From Pyrolobus fumarii 1A (GTDB lineage: Archaea; Thermoproteota; Thermoprotei_A; Sulfolobales; Pyrodictiaceae): a stretch of 32,000 nucleotides of DNA. Shown here piece after piece: positions 8,366 through 15,999 of the stretch. The translations under genes and the position numbers were made by a program. Numbering within the stretch: position 1 is the first letter of the stretch; every line of letters starts with the position of its first letter. The stretch lies in NCBI RefSeq assembly GCF_000223395.1, contig NC_015931.1, positions 1 through 32,000 of the forward strand, in the 5' to 3' direction. Below the pieces are notes generated by a model. That model did no database searches, was not told where the DNA came from, and worked only from the letters and a program-made list of their open reading frames with translations.

Positions 8366-9346
8366 CTAGACACTCTCCTCCATAACCATTCTCGCAAGCA
8401 TCTGGTAGACCGGCAGCTGCCAAGCCCAACGGACACCTACCCACTCTTCACGAGGCACATCGGCTAGCCTGAGACCCGCAACCCTAGTCAACATGTTGTA
8501 CTTTATCAGTATGTATCTTGTCGCGCGCCTGGATCCCAGGGCGTCGGGATCAACCGTGTCTAGCTTTAGTCCCAGCTCTCTAAGCTCTAGTAGCGCCTCT
8601 TCGACACGGGGTTTCACACGATGCTCTAACCACTCTTCTATCGCCCATCCACATTCAGCAAGGGATACTAGCGCATCCGGCGACCCTCCTGTTAAACGAT
8701 ATAACATGTTTACATCGCCATTGAACCCTAACAACTTTGCAAGCGTGTCATGCTCCTCTTTGCTCATATGCCAGAATAGCGCTGGCGTGATGTTACCCAC
8801 AAGTAGCCTGTAGAGGTTGGCTGTTATCCTAGCCTCGCTAGTGGCTAGTACGATACCAGCTCGCTCGTGTGTCAACACGCTGGCCTCGTAGACAGCCCGT
8901 ACAAGGTCGCCTACACTCTCATCGTCAAGCCCTATGTCGAAGTCATCTATTATCAGAAGGCTGTTGGGCCCGAGCTCTCTCGCAACATTGGCTATCATCG
9001 TCCCCCTTGCACGCCCATCCAGATCGCCCAGATTCTCCAGCCTTTGCAGAACAGTATGCGACGCCTCGCCTATCACTAGAGTCGGGCGGGTATGGAGGCC
9101 TACGTAGAGCGTACGTACACCCAGCTTCGGCAACACCTGGGCTAGGCAGCGAAGCAGTGTCGTTTTGCCAGCCCCCCGCGGCCCATAGATTAAGAGGACT
9201 AGTCCACGTTTCACGAGCTTAACTATCCTCTCAACTGCTCCGACACGAGGAATATAGTGACCCTGGCTGCGCGGAGGACGACATATTACGCGCGAGAGGC
9301 TCTCGTAGCCGCGCAGTATCCTATCAAGGTTGTATTCACTAGCCAA
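8366..9346 (-). CDS. Archaeal ATPase family protein (Arch_ATPase / ORC-like AAA+ NTPase)
   Basis: Walker A IYGPRGAGKTTLL; Walker B LLIIDDFD; helical C-terminal half. TTG start at 9346. Confidence 0.75.
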   Translation of the reverse strand: MASEYNLDRILRGYESLSRVICRPPRSQGHYIPRVGAVERIVKLVKRGLVLLIYGPRGAGKTTLLRCLAQVLPKLGVRTLYVGLHTRPTLVIGEASHTVLQRLENLGDLDGRARGTMIANVARELGPNSLLIIDDFDIGLDDESVGDLVRAVYEASVLTHERAGIVLATSEARITANLYRLLVGNITPALFWHMSKEEHDTLAKLLGFNGDVNMLYRLTGGSPDALVSLAECGWAIEEWLEHRVKPRVEEALLELRELGLKLDTVDPDALGSRRATRYILIKYNMLTRVAGLRLADVPREEWVGVRWAWQLPVYQMLARMVMEESV

Positions 9347-9385
9347 GTTTCATACCCGTGTAAAATGATACCCCATTGTTGCTTT

Positions 9386-10048
9386 TTAGCTTGCAGTTCT
9401 GCCCGACACACCTACCTCGAGATAGCTACGCAGCATTCTTACGAAGGTGAGTGGGTCAACCACTATTACGCCAAGCGTCTCGGCTAACCTCTTGATACCC
9501 TCGTCGTTGGTCACGAGCACTGCCTTCAGCTCCAAGGCTAGAATGACTACGTCGAAATCCTCTAGGCTGTCGACTATGCCTCTTCTCGTAGCCTCACGAT
9601 ACTTTTCACGGAGATTACGTATGATGGGGCCAATGAACTCCTCTTGTTTCCTCTTCTCGTCCACAGCCCTAGCCTTCTCGGCCTCTCTCACGGCCTTCCA
9701 TACAGCTTCTTCAGCCACTCTAAGCCCCTTCATCAACCTCCTTCTCATGTCCTCCACGTACTCTGCCATTACTATCGCTGGTATCCTCACGCTTAGTTTA
9801 TCCGGTGCCTTGACGAGCATCCACGCCTGGAGCATCTCTATAGTTTCTGGCTGCACACCGTTACTCAGCAGGAACCTCTTCATCTCCGAGAACATCGTTG
9901 GAGTCGTGTAGAACTCTATACCGAGCTTTGTCCTCGCTTCCCTCAACAACCCCACAATGTGCTTGACTACCTCGTCGAGCGTCTGCACTCTGAATACCTC
10001 TCTCAGCCTAGGGTCTGTCAACGCACTGGTATCCAGCACAAACACCAT
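9386..10048 (-). CDS. PIN_5-domain protein, HARP-type (homologue of Aquifex RNA-free RNase P; former UPF0278)
   Basis: MVFVLDTSAL N-terminal acidic motif; central LREKYREATRRGIVDSLEDFDVV; C-terminal LVTNDEGI. These match my recollection of the Aq_880/HARP family signature. Start at ATG 10048; the track ORF begins 11 codons upstream at 10081. Confidence 0.6.
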   Translation of the reverse strand: MVFVLDTSALTDPRLREVFRVQTLDEVVKHIVGLLREARTKLGIEFYTTPTMFSEMKRFLLSNGVQPETIEMLQAWMLVKAPDKLSVRIPAIVMAEYVEDMRRRLMKGLRVAEEAVWKAVREAEKARAVDEKRKQEEFIGPIIRNLREKYREATRRGIVDSLEDFDVVILALELKAVLVTNDEGIKRLAETLGVIVVDPLTFVRMLRSYLEVGVSGRTAS

Positions 10049-10125
10049 GATGGCTCTTGCCGCGGGTTTCCCCGTAGCCATTTACTGGCACCTCTCCACT
10101 AGCGTCTAGACCGAGGCTACGCTCG

Positions 10126-10131
10126 TTAATT
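10126..10131. promoter_or_regulatory. Possible shared bidirectional TATA-like element (TTAATT)
   Basis: It is the only A/T hexamer in the 94-127 nt divergent spacer between the HARP-like gene and ribL. It sits about 45 nt from both ATG 10176 and ATG 10081. Confidence 0.3.
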
Positions 10132-10175
10132 GGCTACTAGCCTGGAGCCCGGCTAGGAAGCCGGGAGAACCAGCC

Positions 10176-10889
10176 ATGGACACGAAGGATGCAGCGAGGA
10201 GAGTAGAGGCTTATATAACAAACGTGGAGCTCGCGCTTGAGAAGCTGCGCGGCAAGGTAGGAGAGCCTTACACTCGGTTACTAGCTCTAGCCGAAGCATA
10301 CGCCTCCGATGCCCGCTACTACCTCGAGAAGGGCGATGTGTTCACAGCTCTCGCGTGTATAGCGTATGCAGAGGGCCTCATAGACTCGCTTAGGCATCTT
10401 GGCGTGGTAGAGGTGGACTGGGAGCCACTCTCAAAGCTCCTTGAGCGTCCACGCGTGCTCGTCGCCGGGACATTCGACATACTCCATCCAGGCCACGTCT
10501 ATCTTCTCCGTGAGGCCTGGAAACGCGGAAGAGTCTATGTTGTAGTAGCCAGGGATTCAACTGCAGCCAGGTTCCGAGGTAGACCACCTGTCGTCCCAGA
10601 AAGCCAAAGAGTATCCGTCATCTCAGCCCTACGCTACGTACACCAAGCCATTCTCGGCGATGAAGACGACATGCTGAAGCCGGTAGAGGTGGTCAAACCC
10701 CATCTTATTCTCCTCGGCCCGGACCAATGGCCTGACGAGAGACGGCTCGAAGAGGAGCTGCACAAACGCGGCATCGGTGCCAGGGTGGAGAGGCTAAGTG
10801 CTAGGCTAGAGTGCCCCCTATGCAGCTCCACAGCAATAGCATGCAGAGCAAAGCGGCTGATGCCCGAGGAGGCGTGTAAGAGAGGCTAG
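10176..10889 (+). CDS. ribL: DUF357 domain fused to archaeal FAD synthase / FMN adenylyltransferase (RibL-type cytidylyltransferase fold)
   Basis: The C-terminal half has VLVAGTFDILHPGH, VVVARD, PVVPESQR and LLGPDQ, matching RibL-type nucleotidyltransferases. The N-terminal ~85 aa (ASDARYYLEKGD, AYAEGLIDSL) resemble DUF357. Confidence 0.75.
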   Translation: MDTKDAARRVEAYITNVELALEKLRGKVGEPYTRLLALAEAYASDARYYLEKGDVFTALACIAYAEGLIDSLRHLGVVEVDWEPLSKLLERPRVLVAGTFDILHPGHVYLLREAWKRGRVYVVVARDSTAARFRGRPPVVPESQRVSVISALRYVHQAILGDEDDMLKPVEVVKPHLILLGPDQWPDERRLEEELHKRGIGARVERLSARLECPLCSSTAIACRAKRLMPEEACKRG

Positions 10890-11926
10890 AACGCCAGGTA
10901 TCGCGCGGCGCGTCTCCACCTCGGCCCTAGTATCCTACGCAGCACGTAGACGTCTAGCCTCCCTTCTCGCCTCGCCCTTATTATCTCGCGTGCCGTGCGC
11001 GGCCCTATGCCGGGCACTCGCAGGAGCTCCTCCAGGCTAGCTGTATGGGGGTCTACTGGGAACCATTCTGGGTGAGCACGGGCTACTATCTCCTTAAGGC
11101 TCGGCCCAGCGAGTGGCAACATACCACGCTCATCCAGTATATCCAGGATCGAGCCTAACGACATCCCATAGTCCCGCAGCAACGCCAATGCCTCGTAGAG
11201 CCTCTGTGCCCTTCTCTTTGGCACAGGTGGTCTCTTCTCAGCTAGTGGTGTACCTGGTACTGGAGTATACGGGCTGTAATGGACTATCCCTACACCGCCC
11301 TTGACGAGACTAGCCGTGAGCTTTAGTATCTCCTCGTCACTCTCCCCAGCTGCACCCACAACAAGCTGTGTATCGACTCTCCGCGGGTTACCGGCAACCC
11401 TAGCCGCGTACATAAGCTTCGACATTAGATCGAGACTCCAGGAGCCCTTGCTAGGCGCTATCTCCGCAAACTCTGCCGGCCCGACACTCTCTAGATTCAC
11501 ACCCACGCGGTCAGCCAGCCTCAACGCCTCTCTTATCAGGCTGCCAGGTGTCCCCGGCATCAAACGTAGATGCAAGTAGCCCTTGAAGCCCGCCTCTCGG
11601 AGCCTCCGTGCAACTTCAAGCTGCGCTTCTACCACAACCTCCGGGTCACCATAAAACCCGCTTGATAGGAACAAGCCGCGTATCTCTCCCCGCCTCCACA
11701 ACTCTAGTGTAACTCTAACCAGCTTCTCTGGGCTCCATACACTCCTCTCGCGTAGCGGCCCACCAACACGATACGGACAATACAAGCAATCCATGCGGCA
11801 CGCCTGGGATAACAGGGTTTTGAGAATGGGGCCTCCGGTAGAGCGGTAGATTGGCGCCTCTACAACCTCAAGATCCTCGAGCTTGACGTGCGCGACGCTC
11901 CACTTTCCAGCCATTCCACTACCCAT
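10886..11926 (-). CDS. Radical SAM protein with C-terminal helix-hairpin-helix (putative DNA modification/repair radical SAM family)
   Basis: CRMDCLYCPY (Cx3Cx2C) near the N-terminus; C-terminal LLRVPGIGPRTAREI HhH motif. Confidence 0.75.
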   Translation of the reverse strand: MGSGMAGKWSVAHVKLEDLEVVEAPIYRSTGGPILKTLLSQACRMDCLYCPYRVGGPLRERSVWSPEKLVRVTLELWRRGEIRGLFLSSGFYGDPEVVVEAQLEVARRLREAGFKGYLHLRLMPGTPGSLIREALRLADRVGVNLESVGPAEFAEIAPSKGSWSLDLMSKLMYAARVAGNPRRVDTQLVVGAAGESDEEILKLTASLVKGGVGIVHYSPYTPVPGTPLAEKRPPVPKRRAQRLYEALALLRDYGMSLGSILDILDERGMLPLAGPSLKEIVARAHPEWFPVDPHTASLEELLRVPGIGPRTAREIIRARREGRLDVYVLRRILGPRWRRAARYLAF

Positions 11927-11930
11927 ACGC

Positions 11931-12557
11931 TCAACGCTCCAGGTAGTACTCGTAAAGCTTTATGAGCTCTGATACCGGGTCGTGCGAGTGGAAGTCTACA
12001 CGCAAGTCAACTATCTTGTCGTAATGGGGTCCGTACTCGGTAGCGCCTACGACTAGAAGCGCTGCAGAACGGTCACCTCTCCTATCCCCGCCCGCACGGT
12101 GGCCCGCCTCTATTGCCGCGAGGAGCCTCTCAGCTAGCGTGCCACGCGTCGACTCGAAGGCTTCTATCATCGCCTCCACGACACGGGGCCCAACGACAAG
12201 GTTTGCTATCGCTACGGCTGATTCCCTCGCAGCCATCCTGTAACCGTGCCAGGCTGGGGTCCACTCACCATCATGTACCGCCACATCGCCCCTATAGTCT
12301 ACCACCGCGAGTTGCCTGTGCGCCGGGCTCGTGTCACCCGCAAGAGCCTTGACTATCGCGTCAGACGCGGTATAACCCTTGGCGAGCAGTTCGAGTATGA
12401 GCGGCCCTAGAGCCGGATTGGTATACCCCTGCGTAGCGACAACACCAACACCATGCCTACCCCACGGCACACGACTACCCACAGCAATGCTACCACTGAC
12501 CACCGCGACACCCGCCTGACCAGCAGCAGGGTCGTACGCAAGTATACTATATGTCAT
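11931..12557 (-). CDS. DUF1028 family protein (Ntn-hydrolase-like)
   Basis: N-terminus MTYSILAYDPAAGQAGVAVVS, then VPW and VGVVATQ, fits the DUF1028 signature (Thr/Ser at position 2-3). Confidence 0.7.
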   Translation of the reverse strand: MTYSILAYDPAAGQAGVAVVSGSIAVGSRVPWGRHGVGVVATQGYTNPALGPLILELLAKGYTASDAIVKALAGDTSPAHRQLAVVDYRGDVAVHDGEWTPAWHGYRMAARESAVAIANLVVGPRVVEAMIEAFESTRGTLAERLLAAIEAGHRAGGDRRGDRSAALLVVGATEYGPHYDKIVDLRVDFHSHDPVSELIKLYEYYLER

Positions 12558-12690
12558 GACCCCGCTCCACTAGTGATTAGACCCGGGCTCCAGGGTATAA
12601 GCGGAGACCCTTACGGTACAACAATATGGGGCTGTGAGGAGGCTCTGCCGGACAACCGAATGGTGAGGCTAGAGGCCGCGCCCCGAGCCC

Positions 12691-12924
12691 CTAAAACTCC
12701 CTTACCTTCCTCTGAGCCTCTTCGGGCAACTTCTCGATAGGCACTATAGCATAGGTTGACGGCGGGTTCTTCACCTTCGGGCCCACCGGTATGTACTTCG
12801 AGGGGTCCTCCGGAAGCTTACCATGCTTCTTGAACTCCTTCTTATCGAGCCCAAGCACTCTAACCTTAACATACCACCCATCCTCGCGAAGCACATAGAC
12901 GTACTTCTTGTGCTTCCCTCCCAC
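12691..12924 (-). CDS. Small Lys-rich basic protein (77 aa), function unknown
   Basis: It is the only ORF in this interval. GTG start; beta-strand-like YVYVLREDGWYVKVRVLG followed by a Lys/Pro-rich segment. Confidence 0.55.
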   Translation of the reverse strand: MGGKHKKYVYVLREDGWYVKVRVLGLDKKEFKKHGKLPEDPSKYIPVGPKVKNPPSTYAIVPIEKLPEEAQRKVREF

Positions 12925-12974
12925 GTCTTACACCCCCAGCGCCCGCGCCATAACCACCACTATTAGGGTTGGCG

Positions 12975-14165
12975 TTAAACACCGCGAGTCAATGCACTCC
13001 TCCTGAACCTCGTGAGCGCAGCATAGACTGCTCTCCGGGCCTCTCCAGCCAGGTACATCGAGAGCCTCAACGGCATGCTGAGAATTGACGATACGCTCTC
13101 AAGCACGTTAGCCACGGCTGAGACACTAACCTCCAACGCATTCATTATCATATACCCTATCTTTTCATGCTGTTTCATCCGGGTCTTCATAACAGCCGAC
13201 CAGCGACCAGCCTCAACAAGCTTCTCGTACCTACTCACGTTAAACGTATTCGCGTATATCACTCCACGGATCATTGATATGCTAGAGACCCCGAAACCCA
13301 CGTAATCCTCATCCTCGATTATATACTCGTTTATCGTTGTAGGAGTCGCGTTTATCGTCCAAGGGGTCGAGTTGACCCAGCCTTTGGAACGCGCGAGGTT
13401 GATAAGCTCAGTATACATTTTGAATGCCTCCGGGTGCCTAATTCGCGCTGCGCCCAGCAGCGGATAAAGCGTGATCTGGTTCACGCCGCTGTCAAGAGCA
13501 AGCTTTAGATCCTCAAGCGCCTCTTGCACGCTTTGCCCAGGTATACCCCAGACGAGATCAATGTTCACCGTCGGGGCTAGACCAGCGCTCCTTTTGGTAG
13601 CTTCTAGCGCCTCACGTCCATTGTGGCTATATCTTCCTAGCCTCTGGAGCAACTCATCATGGAAGCTTTGCACACCGAGACTTACACGATCGGGTTTAAT
13701 GGACTTCAACACCTCGAGACTCTCGTCGTTCAACACGTTTTCTGGGTGGATTTCTATCGTCAAAGTGAACCTCCCAAAACACTCTCTCATCTTGTCGACA
13801 AGCTCGGCTAGCTCGTAGGGCTCTACCGCGGGAGTACCGCCACCCACATGGACGTGTGTAGCCCTCAACTCCATGCGACTCGATACTTCGCTTATCTCAC
13901 GTCCAAGGAGCTTATAGTATCTCACCAGGTTATGTTCGTACGCAGGGAACCTGACGAAACAACAGAATTGACACGGCTTGCCACAGAATGGTATGTGCAC
14001 GTATACCGCTGCACGTTCTACGCGTGGCTCGGTACCGTCGTGCCTACTCTCGAGTAGCCTTGAGAGTAGTTTCCATGCCGAGGAGTATGCCCTCTTCCAT
14101 ACAAGCTCCTCGACGCCCGCGACGCACCGCTCGGCTAGTCTCAATGAACCACCTGCCCTTGCCAC
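12975..14165 (-). CDS. HemN/HemW-like radical SAM protein (oxygen-independent coproporphyrinogen-III-oxidase family)
   Basis: VYVHIPFCGKPCQFCCF (Cx3Cx2C in HemN context), HVGGGTP, and an HemN_C-like C-terminal region. GTG start. Confidence 0.8.
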   Translation of the reverse strand: MARAGGSLRLAERCVAGVEELVWKRAYSSAWKLLSRLLESRHDGTEPRVERAAVYVHIPFCGKPCQFCCFVRFPAYEHNLVRYYKLLGREISEVSSRMELRATHVHVGGGTPAVEPYELAELVDKMRECFGRFTLTIEIHPENVLNDESLEVLKSIKPDRVSLGVQSFHDELLQRLGRYSHNGREALEATKRSAGLAPTVNIDLVWGIPGQSVQEALEDLKLALDSGVNQITLYPLLGAARIRHPEAFKMYTELINLARSKGWVNSTPWTINATPTTINEYIIEDEDYVGFGVSSISMIRGVIYANTFNVSRYEKLVEAGRWSAVMKTRMKQHEKIGYMIMNALEVSVSAVANVLESVSSILSMPLRLSMYLAGEARRAVYAALTRFRRSALTRGV

Positions 14166-14222
14166 GGCCCCTGGAGCAGAGAGGACTTACACTCTACCCT
14201 AGATGCAACTCGGGGGTCATCG

Positions 14223-15020
14223 GTGACATGCACGCTCAAAGAGGGTGACCTGGTGGTAATAGAGTTTGACGAGAGACGCCGCTTCGTGACGAGGCTGCGG
14301 AAGGGTGCACGCACCGGCAGCGACGTTGGCGTGGTTCTTCATGATGATGTTATAGGGTCTCCTTGCGGGTCTTACGTGCCCGTGCGTGGCGGTAGAGGCG
14401 GTTATGCACTGGTATACAAGCCGAGCATAATCGATGTACTTGAGCACGGCTTCCGGCGTGCTACTCAAGTGATATACCCGAAGGATTCTGCATTGATAGC
14501 CGTGCTTGCAGGCGTTGGCCCCGGTGCTCGTATCGTAGAGGTTGGCACCGGGTCTGGCTTCGTCACAGCACTTCTGGCCTGGCTTGTCGGTGAGAATGGA
14601 CACGTGTATACTTACGAGGTCCGGAGGGAGGCCCTGGAGACCGCAAAGAGGAACCTCGCTATGCTCGGTTTGGAGAAACGCGTGACTTTCCACCATAGAG
14701 ACGCTAGGCTGGGCATACTGGAGGAGAATGTGGATGCCGTGATCGTCGATATGCCGGACCCCTGGGATATACTTGACGAGGCTTACAGGGCTTTGAAGCC
14801 AGGAGGCGTATTTGCAGCCTACACGCCAAGCGCGCACCAGCTCTACATGCTCATGGAGAGGTTATTAGAGCATGGCGGGTTTACAAGACCGCGTGTTATG
14901 GAGGTGCTTTTGAGGGAATGGCTGCCGGAGCCAGAGGCACTACGACCAGCATCAACCATGATAGCGCACACAGGATTCATAACAGTCTCGAGGAAGGTAA
15001 CCAAAAAGGAACAAGTCTAG
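14223..15020 (+). CDS. trmI: tRNA (adenine57/58-N1)-methyltransferase TrmI (GCD14 family)
   Basis: N-terminal beta domain LKEGDLVV; SAM motif IVEVGTGSG; family motif VIVDMPDPW. Confidence 0.85.
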   Translation: MTCTLKEGDLVVIEFDERRRFVTRLRKGARTGSDVGVVLHDDVIGSPCGSYVPVRGGRGGYALVYKPSIIDVLEHGFRRATQVIYPKDSALIAVLAGVGPGARIVEVGTGSGFVTALLAWLVGENGHVYTYEVRREALETAKRNLAMLGLEKRVTFHHRDARLGILEENVDAVIVDMPDPWDILDEAYRALKPGGVFAAYTPSAHQLYMLMERLLEHGGFTRPRVMEVLLREWLPEPEALRPASTMIAHTGFITVSRKVTKKEQV

Positions 15021-15418
15021 ACGTATTCCTGAACACCCTGGACACTCGTAGCCATTGGCGCCTTTACACCTTCAAGCTGCGGCCCAATAGTTGCTAGAGG
15101 CACGAGTATACCGCCCTCCTCTGTACTGGTCTCACCCTCTGCGTTATCATCACTGTGCATCTCGACAAGGCTGTTAGCTACAAGTTCGTCCATACTGCTA
15201 GCGGTAGCCGCGTTGACTAGCCGCGCTTCCACATCATCCTCTTTCACGATCACTACTACATGCACGGGGACGATAGGCTCCGAGACCGCCTCCTCTATCT
15301 CGCGCTCGTACTCCCTCCTAGCACGTCTAGCGGTGAGATACGTGTACACGAGAGGCGCTATACCGACACCGGCATAGACAAACGCCATCACTATACCAGT
15401 GAGCACTGCACGCACCAT
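15017..15418 (-). CDS. Hypothetical protein with N-terminal TM helix and acidic C-terminal region
   Basis: Hydrophobic N-terminus MVRAVLTGIVMAFVYAGVGIAPLVY followed by a charged segment. The start lies 27 nt from the centre of a palindromic TATA element. Confidence 0.5.
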   Translation of the reverse strand: MVRAVLTGIVMAFVYAGVGIAPLVYTYLTARRARREYEREIEEAVSEPIVPVHVVVIVKEDDVEARLVNAATASSMDELVANSLVEMHSDDNAEGETSTEEGGILVPLATIGPQLEGVKAPMATSVQGVQEYV

Positions 15419-15439
15419 ACAATACGTTCCCCAGCGTTA

Positions 15440-15449
15440 GGTTTAAACC
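15440..15449. promoter_or_regulatory. Palindromic TATA element GGTTTAAACC (candidate bidirectional promoter core)
   Basis: Perfect 10-bp palindrome centred about 27 nt from ATG 15418 on the minus strand. This is consistent with a leaderless mRNA. It could also drive plus-strand transcription from about 15472. Confidence 0.5.
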
Positions 15450-15507
15450 CCCTGCCCAGGGATGACTCGGAGCATACCCCACGATTACCCGACTATCGCC
15501 CTAACCC

Positions 15508-15996
15508 GTGGAGCCGCCGGTAACACGAGACACTCGGATACTACCACTTGCTCCTACTTTCAACACCCCTCACCCTTACCAACGTAACACGGACGGATAC
15601 AATACAGCGGTGTGGGTTGTGCAAAGTATACTCCTAGCGAAGCATGCGAGAAGCGGAGGCAGCCCCGGCAAGTTACCATACCTTTTGGCCCTCGAGTATA
15701 TCTGCAAATGCGCTGTGCGAGGCGACTGCAACGGGTGGACGCTACACCTAGGGATGATATACAATGCTAAGGTGGCACGACGTCTAGCCGCTGGTAGCGT
15801 GCACCCCATATGCCCCACTGCAGAGAAGCTCTTAGCACTCCTTAACGGAGATAAGCAACTCGTGAAGCTTGCTGCCATGCTCCACTATGCGCTGAGGACG
15901 GCATACCCGCCTCTAGACCCCCGCCTACTCCCAGGCTACAACCCCATAGAGGCAGCCAACGCGCTAGATGCTCTCAGAGCACTAAACCTGCTCTAG
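15508..15996 (+). CDS. Hypothetical protein (162 aa from GTG 15508; alternative GTG 15610 gives 128 aa)
   Basis: It is the only long ORF here. The C-terminal two-thirds are helical and Ala/Leu-rich with CKCAVRGDC. The first ~34 aa are Pro/Thr-rich and may be untranslated. Confidence 0.4.
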   Translation: MEPPVTRDTRILPLAPTFNTPHPYQRNTDGYNTAVWVVQSILLAKHARSGGSPGKLPYLLALEYICKCAVRGDCNGWTLHLGMIYNAKVARRLAAGSVHPICPTAEKLLALLNGDKQLVKLAAMLHYALRTAYPPLDPRLLPGYNPIEAANALDALRALNLL

Positions 15997-15999
15997 CCT

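Noticed and set aside
9447-9911. 154-aa plus-strand ORF antisense to the HARP-like gene
   Set aside because: The translation is Ser/Thr/Leu-rich and motif-free, and the ORF lies entirely inside a gene with a recognisable family signature on the other strand.
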